Source: Octopus bimaculoides
Lineage: Eukaryota
Length of the DNA: 64,000 bases
Direction: 5' to 3'
NCBI RefSeq assembly: GCF_001194135.2
Contig: NC_068990.1
Span: 4,487,765-4,551,764, forward strand
Positions within the stretch are counted from its first letter, which is position 1. Each line of letters starts with the position of its first letter. Made by a program: the position numbers and the translations under genes. This document shows, in pieces, positions 1 to 13,464 of this stretch. The notes beneath the pieces are model-generated. The model was not told where the DNA came from. It saw nothing but the letters and a program-made list of their open reading frames with translations, and did not search any database.

Positions 1-698
1 GGGGAAGGAGATACAAGAAAGATAATTTATTTTATAAAATCCCAGTTTAATGTTTTGACATGCTGCTGCCACGCTCCCTCCTGATGATGGAAGAAGCAGT
101 GAACTGTTTTCTGATTGGCTGAAAATTCAGAAAATTATCAAACTTTGAATACTTGTAACATTTTTGCAAAATTTTTCTAGAATAAATGAATAACAAATTT
201 GGATTCAGTATCAAAAGTTACATCTATACGATACATTAAAAAATTGTTTTGAAAATAATTGTAAACAGTGATGAAAACCACAAAGATCCTCAAATAGATA
301 TGCACACACTAAAGCATATTTGCAGATTCAAAAAATTAAATAAACACTAAGGAAGCATCACAAATTTATTGCCAACATATTGGTAATTAATGTATACTAT
401 CAATTTGGTATTGGTACATAAATGTAGCCATATCAGTACTGATTTTGTTTACATGATAGTACCTCTACATCTAGCAGCAACTAGTGGGTAGTGTGCAACT
501 TTCAACAAGGCTTTTAAAAAAAGTCAAAAGTTGCCAGGCAATCTTACTTTCTAGTTGCTGAAAACTCTGTTGTTTAACCATATGGTATATTTTCAAAATG
601 TGTCAAAATATATGTTTACTAAAGTTATGTTGTAACTTTGGTTACAAATGTAATTTCAAACATTCTCTGTTGGCTCAAGATTATACATATATACAAAC

Positions 699-736
<38 letters not shown>

Positions 737-1181
737 ACCAGAGAATGTTATAAATCAGAAGAAATATGCACTTGTATATTTGAAACAGAATGGGTATACT
801 GTATTATATATCAATTTCAGGTGATTTTACCAATCAGTTTTGCACAAGAAATGCCAACTGATATTCTGGTATACTTAGGTTTTGCAAATAGAACTTAATA
901 ACACCAAGTGATCTGGGTTGACCAATAGAGGCCAAACATCTAGAATCCTCTTGGTTTCATTTCTTATTATCTGATCTCCAAATGTCTGATGAGCCAAATG
1001 TTTGGTATCTGAGCCTATGAAACTAAGTTGTATGGATCCAAGTCAAACTGTTATTAAATGATACAAGTAACTCCGACTGAATGTGCCGAGTGCCATTGCC
1101 ACTTTCTTTCATCTGTCTGCTCACTCGTATGTATGTATGTATGTATGTATGTATGTATCCATCCATCTACCTCTCTGTGTA

Positions 1182-1227
<46 letters not shown>

Positions 1228-2179
1228 TACACACACACACACACACATATACACTTGACCCTAATATTGTTAAAGGGTATTTCTATAAGTATAGAAATCT
1301 GTTAACTATTGGAAAAACTTCAAAGTCACAATCAATAAAATTTTTTAGATGTGTGTTTGTGTGTGTATGAGTGTAAAATGTTTGCTTTGAAAAGCATTTC
1401 AAAAGGCTGCTGAAACTTAAAACATCACTACTGAAGATGTATTAGTAGGTGAGATGTCTAATCTTAATAATTGATCTCTAACAGTAGAATTAATACACAT
1501 AATTAGAAATAACAAATTAGATAAATAATAAATGCTTTATGATACAAATAGTTTTAAAACTACTATTAAATGTTGAGGAGTTCAAACTAAATTTTCATGT
1601 TTTAGCAAAAATGAATTTACTACTTCGATTCTGTAGTAAATGTAAAGAAAGAAAACATTTTATACGTTTCAAAAAGTAAGGCTAAAGCTAAAATTTTATT
1701 TTGAAAACTAAAATACAGGATTAAACCATCTTTGAAAACAACACTTTTTGACAAACATTAGTAGAAACACAAAGATCATCTCAGAATGCATGTTTTGACC
1801 ACAAAAACCCACAATTAGTATTAGTCTATTGATATTACCACTATGAGCATGATCTTTGTCAAAACTTAAAATGGTGGTTTGTCAGATATGTTTTCTCCGA
1901 TGATAAACAATAGAAAATGAAATCTAAGAATTTTAACAAGTGAATATCAAGTATTTCATAACATTTTATGAAACAAAGATAGTAACCTGGTAAGATAATG
2001 TTCAACACCAATTTGCTCACTACTACACCATTATCATCATCATTTAACATTTGTCTTCCATCATGATGATGTAAACAAATTGATGTTGCTAAATAAATTG
2101 AAGAAAAAAATTTTTTTTAACAATTTTACATTTTTGCTTAAAATAGTTTAATGTTTGGGATAAATTGTTTTTAAGGACT

Positions 2180-2466
2180 TTCAAGCGAGATTGCTGCCAG
2201 TGCCCATGGACTGGCTCTTGTGTGGGTGGCACATAAAATACACCATTTTGAGCATGGCTGTTGCCAGTACTGCCTGACTGGCCTTCGTGCCGGTGGCACG
2301 TATAAGCACCCACTACACTCTCAGAGTGGTTGGTGTTAGGAAGGGCATCCAGCTGTAGAAACTCTGCCAAATCAGATTGGAGCCTGGTGTAGCCATCTGG
2401 TTTCACCAGTCCTCAGTCAAATCGTCCATGGAAAGCGGACGTTAAACGATGATGATGATGATGATG
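2180..2466 (+). mobile_element. RTE-type LINE 3' end (5'-truncated) with (GAT)n tail
   Basis: Shared 3' block GTTAGGAAGGGCATCCAGCTGTAGAAACTCTGCCAAATCAG...GGACGTTAAACGATGATGAT, near-identical to 26973-27150. Two ~65-bp UTR units lie upstream. Confidence 0.75.
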
Positions 2467-2609
2467 AAGCTAGGTAGTTTTCCTAACATTAACCAAATAG
2501 TAAGAATGGGACACATTTTTATCAGTCAAACAAAATGGGACAAGTTCTGTTACGTGCCCTTAACTTCACAAATAAAATTTAACACCTCAGATTCATTGTT
2601 GTTGTTTAG

Positions 2610-2810
2610 TAGACCTATAATCAAAAGCATTCTAACAGTGACCATCCCATTTTATCCCATACATACTGTATATAACATTATATTAAACAATGTACTGCAT
2701 TACTAGTAGCATATATAGTAACTTAGACTACATAATTTTTTAACAGGATAAAAGTGGTATGAGGGTGATCTGACTGCTATTTCTGGAAGGTCAAGCAAAT
2801 AGAGGTTTTC
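2610..2810 (+). repeat. Unclassified dispersed repeat, family D
   Basis: Ends in a variant of GAGGGAGATTTGGCTGCTATTTCTAGCAGGT. Related copies at about 6860-7045, 20500-20750, 21270-21335, 23475-23535 and 53970-54170. Confidence 0.5.
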
Positions 2811-3140
2811 TTACTACCTTGAAATTTATCTTGATTTTTATGTCTGGTTATTAATGTTGAGAAATAAAATGCTGTAAAACCAGCTAGATTGAGTCAAATT
2901 TTGAATTCTCAGACAACACAAATTTTATGGGACACAAGTTATATTCTATAGCTACCACTTAACTTCCAGAACATACAGATGCTGCATGAAATATTACCTT
3001 TATGAAATAGTTCATTCCATACAATTCAAACAAACTTATGAGGCCGAATTTAGTCAATGAATACTGAAAGTAAGCTGTAAAAGCAAACTCATATGTGCTT
3101 CTGTCTCCACTTACTTGATCTTTTAACATTTTAGATGCTA

Positions 3141-3185
<45 letters not shown>

Positions 3186-4127
3186 NNNNNNNNNNNNNNN
3201 NNNNNNNNNNNNNNNNNNNNNNNNNNNNNNNNNNNNNATGTATGTATGTATACACACATAATTACATACATACATGCACACACTCATATATAAATATACG
3301 AGTATATATATACGTTTACCTTGCACAAGAAATGAGAATTGATATTCTGGTACAAATATAGTTTTGCAAATGTAACTTAAGTGTCATACCTTTCTTCACC
3401 ACATAGATATGAGAAATACAGAAAGAACATTATTTGAAATTATAAATGAACAATGACTGGTCTCTCTGGAATGAAAGAACATTGTACACAGTATGACAAC
3501 AATGCTAATGATAGACTGAAAGGCAACCTTAAGAAATTCCTAAGAGACATAGGTTTGTGTTTTAGGAATGATAAGAGGAAATGTATATTTTGAATATTTG
3601 TCAAACTGAATTACCCTTTGGTTATCTCAAAACATTCAAAATCCATAAAAAAAATGTCTATGCTTAACATATCAACAGCATTGTAGGAGTTGTATCATTG
3701 TTTTTGTTTTCAAGTAAATCTTTCCTTTGTTGTGTCTTCCAAGGAAGGAAACTGCTCATGGCTTATGAAGGCCTTCCTGTGTACAAATTGTGTGAGTAGA
3801 ATAGATATGTAGTTAATTTATTTGTAAAGGTGGTTGTCAGAATAGGTAGAGACATAGCAAAGGAAATGGAGGAAGTCTACAGAGATGTCTTTCCATAAAG
3901 AAGGATTATGTATACCAATCAGGGAATGATCTAATAAGCAGAGACACAAAGAATGATTAAAAATTATGTCATGTATGTGATAGATGTTGCTTGGATTATG
4001 TGTATACATTATTATAATGACAGAATAAGCAGAGTGGAGAGAGAACATAACCTTGGTTTAAAAGCTGACGATTGTTGGTAAAGAAAACTTATCTCTATTA
4101 GATGGATTACTCTTTTCTAAATATGAG

Positions 4128-4335
4128 TTTCGAATTTTGGCACCAGGCCAGCAGATCTAGGGAGGGGGCAAGTCATATACAACAACCCTAGTGCTCAACT
4201 GGTACTTATTTTATCAACCCTGAGAGGATGAAAGACAAAAGTGACCTTGGTAGAATTTGAACTCAGAACATAAAGACAGACAAAATGCCACTAAGCATTT
4301 TGCCCAGCATACTAATGATTCTGTCAGCTTGCTAC
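4128..4335 (-). mobile_element. tRNA-derived SINE, family A
   Basis: Reverse complement carries the head AGCTGACAGAATCATTAG and a B-box-like GAGTTCAAATTC; homologous to 63161-63409. Confidence 0.7.
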
Positions 4336-4813
4336 CTAACTCTTTTCTAAATATAACTTAGCAATTTTAGACTTTGTAGAAACTTTGGATTGAGTTGTTT
4401 CTAAAAAAAATTCTAAGAATTGATAGACACTAGTGGACTTACTGAAGTAAACTTAATATTTAAATAAATTTAAATAAATAAATATAACATCTAAGATAAA
4501 CTTGGATGTTGACGATTATATGCAGCAAAGCATTGATTACATTTTACCTAATTATCAATACCATTTGTTTTAAATAGCTAGATGCAATGACAATTTTAAA
4601 ATCTTTTCTAATAATAAATTTTCTTCTAGTTGAAACATTTTGAACATAAAAACAAAACTAGTATGAATAGAAAAAAATTATTTCCATTGCATAATTTGGT
4701 GCATTACTGATTTTTTCATATGATACAAGTAATAGTTTTCATTAAAGGAGAAAAGAATACAAGTTACAAATACCTGTTCATATTTCCAGATTTTAATTTT
4801 ATTTATTGCCAAG

Positions 4814-4879
<66 letters not shown>

Positions 4880-6023
4880 AACAGACAGACAGAAACTGAG
4901 ACAGATAGAGAAAAAGAGAGTGGAAGGGAAAAAAATGACTTAAAAAATAAATGGCAGAGAAATAGATAACTTTTCATGAAAGAGGGATGCTTAATAGATG
5001 CAATAAGCACCTTACAATGAAATAAGCAAATATATTTTTTTTAGAGTTTATGAATAGAAATAACAATTACCATTTGCTATCTTATTTATAATCTTGCTAT
5101 ATTTATGACACTTACAAATATTGTTACTTGCATAAATTTCTAAATTGTGATAATGTTTGAGGTAATTTTGTATGATTCAGATAGAAGTTATCTGTCTGTT
5201 CAGTAGCAGCAGTTTAAACATGATAAAGGATTAGTGCTATAACTTAGAGATAGTACATTTTGCTTAAGGTACACTATTTATAAACCTCTGTTATTCCTAC
5301 TCATTTCCATATAGTGAGACTCTTTCTCACAACACAATCATTATGAAACTGTTACCTTTATCACCATTGGGATGTTCTCTTTTTTGTTATCCACTTCTTA
5401 TACACTTTATCATACTCCATTCTTTGTTACTTTCATCTCACATTTTTCATATATCTTTATTTTCTCTGTTTCTTTATCTCTGACTATACCTTCTTTGCTA
5501 TTTGCACTGATCTTTATAGGCACATTGAAAGTCATCTCATAAGAAATATAGTTGTGTTAAAATACAGTTGTAATCTACAGTTGTAATAATATTATTTCAA
5601 TTCCTATTCATGCCCATTAATTAATCTAAACTGTCACATATATTGGTGCCTATCATCCATATCTGGGTTAATTGATATCAATTATCAATGTAGAATATAT
5701 CAATATAGAATTAAATGTTGACTCCATCCCCTGAACTCCCAAACTCAGAAATCGAATATTGTCCTAAGTGAGCCAAAATAAATATAGTAATTAATTGCAA
5801 TAAAAGAAACATATATTTAGTAATGTGTTCTTAATGATAGCATAACAAAACATTTATAATTCTACATTGTTGCCCATCAAGAATATTATTTAAAATTAAA
5901 TGTCTCATTATTTGAAATTTAAAAATAAATAGTGAGTCCTTTGCTTTAAATGGCATTGACTATTTTATACACAATTTGAAAAGAAATATGACACAACTTT
6001 TAAATTATTTCAGAATTTCGAAT

Positions 6024-6079
<56 letters not shown>

Positions 6080-6859
6080 GATCTTTTAGATAACTTAATT
6101 GATTACATTTGAAAGGTGTGCTATATTTTAACTTTATACCAGGAAAAGCAAATCACTTCAGATAATCACAAATTTCCAATTTTTTCCTTCATTTCTCAAT
6201 AGTTAAAGCTTTTATCACTAATTAGAATTGAATTTCATAAGATAATACAAACAAATAATAAATATGAACCATGAAAATTAATAAAATTAAACAGCCATAA
6301 AATGTTTCATCCATTATCAGCAACAGTACATATTATCTAATGCCCTATATTTATGATAAGACACATCTCAGTGTAAAACATTTTTGGGGATTGAATCATA
6401 ATTATTCTGACTGAGAAATTTAAAACCTGAAATTTCATATCCAAAACACATCACAATATGAAGTTTTGTATTTGAGCAAGAAATACATTTCAATTTACTA
6501 ATGAGGTTGGTAATTAACACTTACATAGCCTGATGGTTTTCAATAGAGGCTATCCCTAGTAAGCTTATGTAGCAGCTCATTATTCAAAAGCTTAAAATAA
6601 ATGATGAGCTAAATAATAAACACATAAGTGAAAATTAAATGCTGAGGAACAAGACGTAGGGAACATTAGGAAAAGCAAAAATCGGTGAATGAATGTGAAC
6701 GATATTTTGGAGATGAGTATTGTACACACTATTAAATATCCCTGAAAAATAGTTTTTAAATTTCATATATATATATATATATAAAAGATAGAGATCCACC
6801 TAATTCTTTTCATAGTGTATGTAGAAATAGTTGCTACTGTTGGTATTGTTGTTAAAACC

Positions 6860-7045
6860 AAGTTACACTGATCAAACTGATTTATGATCAAAGGTATTCT
6901 TGATATGACAACTACATTCTCGTTGCAACTCTAGGATTACAATATTTTTATCTTTCCTTTGTTAAGGTGGTAGAAAGTATAATTTGAGAGAATTTTGTTG
7001 CTTTTTCTAGCAGATTGAGGGACCACATAGAGGTTTCCTTCTTTG
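6860..7045 (+). repeat. Unclassified dispersed repeat, family D
   Basis: AATTTGAGAGAATTTTGTTGCTTTTTCTAGCAGATTGAGGGACCACATAGAGG matches the family D 3' part. Confidence 0.5.
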
Positions 7046-8859
7046 CTCAGTAGAAATAGGCAGTTGAAATCTGTTGAAAGAGAGAACAAAATGACTAATA
7101 TCTTCAATTTCCTAGTAAGAAAGGAAGACAACTCAAGTCCTGTTTCACTGTTATTTTGACCTTGTCAACAAAGCATGACAACCCTCATATTTGCCAAAGT
7201 AGTGATGAATGAATCACAAAGTAACTATACAGAATTATACATTTATTAATATACAAAAATTGTATTGTTTAAGGATTATATATTTCAGAGGCATCATCTG
7301 TACAAAAATATTAGCTAAGTCACAGTCAACATTTAGTGCTGTGAGCGAGTGTGAAATAGTCAATTTCAGCAGGCACATTTTTCAGCAAATAAGCATATTT
7401 TTCAAGAACAAGACCGTTATAATCGTATTTATTATTATCATTTGTAAAACAGAATGAATTCATGTGTTTTCTGATTTTGCAAACTGTAATAGGGTCCTTA
7501 ATCAGGGAAGAAATGTATAATTTGAGTTAAGTTAAATATATTTAATGTATGAAGCATTAAAAATCTAATCAAACATAAATAAGCTCCGAGAAAAAAATCT
7601 CATTAATCAATAGCTAATATTTCACGGGTTTTAGAGATTAAATAATTTAGTGATGCAGCCAATATGAAAAACAGCAAGTTAAGTCTAGTGGCAAAGTATT
7701 TAATGCATAGAGCATTAAAATTCTGTTTCTCAACACCAAGGAATGAAGTAGAGGAGAAATCACAATTAATCTGTAAGTTAGTTTTAACAGGTGGAATATA
7801 AAAACAATTTTTTTCTTAATAACTCTTTAAAAGAGACAATATAACAAAACAAATTTAAGCACTTCTTAATCCAAAGGCACCATAGGCCATACGAATACAT
7901 TACTTTGAAGTCTTTTGAAATGAGTTCCTTGCTAAAGATAGGTGGTTCTATTAAGATATAAACATATTTCATGTTGACAAAAGCATTTATGTTGAAAAGA
8001 GATATGATAATTTTGGTGGAAAATTATTTTTGAAGTTTAATGCAAGCTTTGAAATTAAACCTCATATTCTTGTGTCATCTTAAAGAAATATTCTATATGA
8101 AATCGTTAAATTTTTCAGCTTTTACAATAATTTACATTAGTGATCATAAAAGCTATATGACTCAGAAACATAGATAGAAAAACAATGAAGTAAAAATTGG
8201 AGTTTCTTAAATATTTCATTTCAATACAAGGTAAATATTAACAGATACTGCTCTAGAATTATAAAGATATATATCCTATGAGGCCAGTATGTCTAGCTAT
8301 TCATTTTGAATTTTAGAATGTCTCCTGCAAATTTTATATTAAATATATCCTTCACTATAATGAGTTACACCTCATTAAAAAAGCTTTTCTCTTAACTTTG
8401 CATAAAAATTGATATATAAAACAAGTCTGATATTTTAAATTTATTTCATTATTTTTATTTATCGTATATTTGTGTGGAAGGTTCATCATAATTTGTGAGT
8501 AGAGTAAATAGTTTCAAAGAAACTAAGTAGAAAACTAATGTGCTTGAAAGTGAAAGGGTATGAATAAATACACAAAGCAAAAATGACAAGACACACTTCA
8601 AAACCCCTTATTTTAATTATTTCTGAGTTGCCATTGTATCGCAGATCCTGTTTTTGTTCCATGCAAGGTGTATAACTTACTTGTGACAGCGAAAACCAAA
8701 ATAGTTTCTACTCTGACTTCATGGTTTAGTGGGTTCTAGATAAGCAGTTGTCACTCTGATGATACATGCAAAAGTCTATGTTGATAAGAAATGGATTTTA
8801 ATTATAACCTATAAGACTAACATCTATTCACAAAGAATAAAATAGTGTAATTTCCTAAA

Positions 8860-9315
8860 TGTTAATCAAGACTGAATATTGGTGAAAGCAATGAATAGTA
8901 AAGAAAATATGAGATTTGTAAGACTGCCAAAGTTAAAACACAGTTTAAAAATATATTTCAGGAGCCAAGTGTCAGGATTGTAAATGTAAGCAACAATACT
9001 GTGTGTAGAAAAAAAGGAAAATAAAATTCAGACTATTATAATTGAAATTGACCTAAACAGAAAAGTACAATAAATAAAAGGAACTACAGGCTGCAGAGAG
9101 TGAAAAATAAATGTGACAATAAAAAAATAAATAGAAATACTGAGTGATGGTGAATACACTGATACAGAAAACATTTTTACTATGACAACAAAGTTGATGT
9201 CATCAAAAGTAGTGACCAAAGGAAGAACTTGACAGGCATATGTGCTTGTAGAAAGGAAAAGTATTTAGTAACAGGACTTAGTATTCGAATCTGACAGATG
9301 ATCATCCCACAAATG
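8860..9315 (+). pseudogene. Possible decayed NHL/beta-propeller coding fragment (mollusc TRIM/B-box-like C-terminus)
   Basis: Frameshifted, stop-containing pieces IIEIDLNRKVQ*IKGTTGC, EYTDTENI, YYDNKVDVI and LTGICACRKEKYLVTG resemble the blade pattern of mollusc TRIM-NHL-like proteins. Recognised by eye only. Confidence 0.25.
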
Positions 9316-10786
9316 TATGTATGTATGTATGCATGTATGTACGTATGTACGTGTGTGTATGTGTGTGTATATATATCTATCTATATATATATATATATAT
9401 AACAGCAACTACAATACAATGATTATTGTTTTCATAATGTCATCTGAAAAAATTTGATTTTCCAGTTGGTAATATTTACCAGAAGAAAAAAACCTCAGAA
9501 AGTAATAAAACATTTAAAGAAATCAGAATATGACATTGCACTATGCATTATTGGAAAGAATAATGGAAAATGTAAACAAATAGAATCTAAGAGTGTTAGT
9601 GAAATAAGATAGGAAAGCTACTAAATCAAGCTACTAAAGAACATAGGTTAATAGTGAAAAATTGAAATTGACCAAAATAAAAGAATCATGATGTGTATTA
9701 GTTCTAAATAACATGTTTGGAGGTTAATGACAAAATGAATAAACAGTATTGATGCAGAACACGTTTTATGTTCCAGAGAATTCCACCAAAGCATCAGATA
9801 GGTATGAAAACAGGAAATTGTTTTTTCATTTCAAAGTAATTAGGTTATTTTTAACTACAGCTTAATTCTTATACTATTTTTATGGTTTTCTTGGTTTCAG
9901 TTTTTAGATCTATAATGCACTTACAAGTATGATAAATGTACAAATTCAAATTTACATAAGTTCTCTTTTGTAACAGGATTTTTTTCTCATTATCTACAGA
10001 CTATTTGATTTCAGTTATGTACAGATTAAAATAAGCCGAACAATCAGTCTTGATCAAAGCTATCGTACCTGCAGCAAAATTTGAACTAATATCATCATTA
10101 ACCATATATCTTTCCTGAAGCAATTTGCTATGACACGATAGTAAGAGTTTAATAGCATCTAATATACTTTAGAATGGTTTCTCTACTTTTGTTGAGTCCA
10201 TATGAAAATCCAAAGAACATTTGAATTAGAGTTGTGATAGTTTTTCTCAAAGATGTTATTAAGTATAATTAATGAGAACTGAAACTGGGTCATTGACTTC
10301 ATTTAACGGAATCTTAACTGTGTGCACCCACAATTAGCCACTACATTTAGAAACAATATTTAAATTTATTGATACCAACCCATGCCAAATTCCCTCTGAT
10401 ATTCCAAATCAAAGATTATTCCAGTATGCCTGAAGGTCTGATTATATCTCTAACACTGTTCCTTCTAAATATTACTGATCTTGCTACTGATACCTCTAAT
10501 AATATGCATGACTATACAGATAGTCATTAACCCTCTCTTTACCTTCTGCACACAGGAGGTACCCGTATGCAATTAGATACTTCATGCCAAATTTGTACTG
10601 CTTCCATATAATTGCTGTTAGTTTTATTATACATGAAAATTAGACCTCCCGCTCCAATGTCTTGACAAAGGCTAAGTTTCACAGTACTTGATGACATAAA
10701 TGCATCCAAAACCAGGTTTCTTTTTTAGGCTAGAAAATACTTCAGTAGTGATGAGTTGTTGACTTGATACAAGGCTTTAATGTGAA

Positions 10787-11035
10787 GGCATGTGGTTTAG
10801 TGGTTAAGGTATTCAGCTCATGATTGTAAGGTCATGAGTTCAATTCTTGGCAGTGCATTCTGTCCTTGAACAAGACACTTTATTTCAAATTGCTCCAGTC
10901 TACTCAGCTAGCAAAATCGAATTGTACCCATAATTCAAAGGACTAGCTTTCTCACATTTCGTGTCATGTTGAATCTTGCTGAGAACTATGTAGAGGGTAT
11001 GCATGTTGGTAGAGCACTCAGCCACTTGCATATTG
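10787..11035 (+). mobile_element. tRNA-derived SINE, family C
   Basis: Head GTGGTTTAGTGGTTAAGG (A box) ...GAGTTCAATTC (B box), then TGTCCTTGAACAAGACACTTTATTTC, shared with 38395-38730. Confidence 0.7.
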
Positions 11036-11357
11036 TCGTAACTGTCAATGGAGTGTCAGTTAATCAAATTAAATGAGAACCATATCAGTATGTAATCCAC
11101 AGTTCTAGTATGATAGTGTTGCTACAGGCACAAACATTCTAGACCATTGTAAACCATTTAGCTGATTGGAAATACTTCCAGGCACAGATGTAGCTTTCTA
11201 TTTATATACCTTTACTACAATGAATTCCAAGTCATACTCCTGTTTCTCATTCTTTTGCTGTACCTGCAATATTTAATCCTGCAAACCATACTTGTTCCAG
11301 TCATTCATTTTAAAAACTGCATTCTTCTAAAATTCCTTTCCGCTTAAACTGCAGAAA

Positions 11358-12086
11358 TCTCTATATGTAAAGATGAGAATGTGTGTCTGTCTGTTATTTA
11401 TTCTGTCCAGTTACCTGTCCAGTTACCTGGTTATTTGCAAACTCCAGAGGTGACACTTTCATTTCCCCTTAGCCCTCATGTCACACAGTTGTTAATGTTT
11501 CAATTGGGTCACGCCCTTCCAATTGCTATAGATTTGTAATGCATCTTACGGCTGTGCTTGTCACCTGTATGGTGAAGAATCCTACATTGGGGAGTAGTAA
11601 CAACTAGGGTAGGTTAGCTGACTGCTTATTGTGATCATTTGTCTTTTGGTTTCCTGTAGCTTTTCTTTCTTTTGCAAACCCAGTGAACATACATATATTT
11701 CCTATTTCAAAGAAATTCGATTCAAGACCCAAGTTAAAAAGATTCTCAATGATTCAACTTTTCTGGTTGACATTAAGACACCCACCCCCAATAGGGGCCT
11801 TAACTCCCACATTTTAGAGCTCCATGACATCCATTTTTCGGGAGCAAAATCTTTTTAACAGGTTCCATAAGACTAGAATTTTTGAATTTGCACATAAAGA
11901 TCAGTAGTATGGGATACATGTGTCATGATTAGACTTTTTTTAGGGTGTGTAAAGAGGGAAAGAACCTTCATCTGCAATTTTGATGAAATTCGAACCGTAG
12001 ATATTCCAGTTCATTAGGGAAAATATAACAGAAAGTTTAATTCTTCAATTGCATGTAACACTGGCAACACTGGGTATCTCTGCTAG
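11358..12086 (+). mobile_element. Non-autonomous Helitron
   Basis: Starts TCTCTATATGTAAAG after an A (11357). Ends GGCAACACTGGGTATCTCTGCTAG before a T (12087). These are the canonical 5'-TC...CTAG-3' ends at an AT target, with no TSD. Confidence 0.7.
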
Positions 12087-13413
12087 TTCACTATGAATAC
12101 CAAGTGCACCCTCTTAAAAGTGCTTGTAAAAGTTGTAGGTTTCATGTGTCTTTATCCTCGGGATATCTAAATAAATCAATGACAAAACTCATGGATGGCA
12201 TGAATATTGTTTATATACATTGATAGTTCACTTCCAATAAGAAAAGAAATCTTTAAAATCTCATTGACAGATTATTAGAGTAATTTTCAGTTACATTGGA
12301 AGAGTGGCAGAATAAAGAAATAAAGATTAATATAACATATTACATTTTTTACTGTAAGGATTTCCACCAGAGAATTTCAAAACTGGGGTAAAAGAGTATT
12401 GAAAAGAAGTAATCTTGAAATGTAAAACAAAATAAAAACAAACCATAGGCAAGAGAATAAAAGACAAAACAATATGGTTTCACAGCGATTTTACAATCCA
12501 GAACCTGTTTCCAAGAGGTTCAAAACATAAATATTGAGTTATTAATGACTTCTGAGATGCCTAAACAGTGCAAAGATAGTTAAGTAACGTAATGCTCATG
12601 ATTTCAGCATTTAAAACTACTTACACTTAGCAGTGACTATTACTGCAGACAAAATCAATTTTAAATTATCCTGCTTTTGTTTGCATGGCTACTTAATGTT
12701 GGAGCAGATTACTGCCAGATTTTCTGCTAATATCACTGTCCGCTATAACTACTTAACTAACATTTTCCTAGTTGAGCAACATGAAGTGTAAGAGTTATAT
12801 TGATAACAAGCACAAATCTGAAATCTTGCTTGAGAGAAAAGATTATGTATAATACATCTGGTCTCTTATTATTCCAAAATTGGAAATCCAAGGCTCACTT
12901 GGAGAGATATTAATGTAAGTTCTTAGCAGACACAGAGAGATGGCTGAGATGGGTAACTAATGGATATTTTTATAAGAAATATTTTAATGGATATAGCATT
13001 TGTGAATACTGAATTATGTACAAAAACAGTTGAAATGACCTTTATGTCTAACTAAAGATACAGCTGTTAATACTGTCTATCAGGTTTGCTTGTCCTATTA
13101 TATTTAGATGTAAGATTATGACAAGATGGTATCTTTATAGTTCAGTGCTAAATAGACTTAACTAAAGAGTACATTTTCTTTATTATCTAGAGCAATAACT
13201 TTAAGATCTATTAATGCTAACTCAACCTCTAGTTTCTCTGATGCCAAGAGGTAGTTGATAAATATATAATGACAGTAATTGTGAAAAAGACAACTTCCAA
13301 AAGTTGTTAAATTCTGGAATGACCTGTTTCTTTGAATCTATATCACAGATGTCATTTGAGCTTACAGACACTTCATTAAATAATTTAAACATGAATTAAT
13401 TTAATCATTTATA

Positions 13414-13464
<51 letters not shown>

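Noticed and set aside
975-1040. CTGATGAG...GAAAC...GTA hammerhead-like spacing
   Set aside because: Stem II does not close against GAAA and stem I cannot form next to the core.
2998-3074. Minus-strand exon-like segment (YFQYSLTKFGLISLFELYGMNYFIK)
   Set aside because: Splice sites are plausible, but the peptide resembles no MAGUK region and the phase-1 start does not fit after the L27 exon.
3744-3791. Plus-strand 48-nt exon-like segment (tcttccaag|...|gtgagt)
   Set aside because: Isolated, unrecognisable peptide, with no partner exons on the plus strand.
7008-7075. Strong minus-strand acceptor followed by FQLPISTEQRRKPLCGPSIC*
   Set aside because: Most of it lies within repeat family D.
10545-10620. 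Minus peptide WHEVSNCIRVPP, loosely like CASK HEVYSDEALRVTPP
   Set aside because: No ALL..HD start, no proper acceptor and wrong spacing; a chance resemblance.
10787-10860. tRNA-like A/B boxes here and in other SINE heads
   Set aside because: They are embedded in dispersed SINE bodies and lack complete cloverleafs; not tRNA genes.
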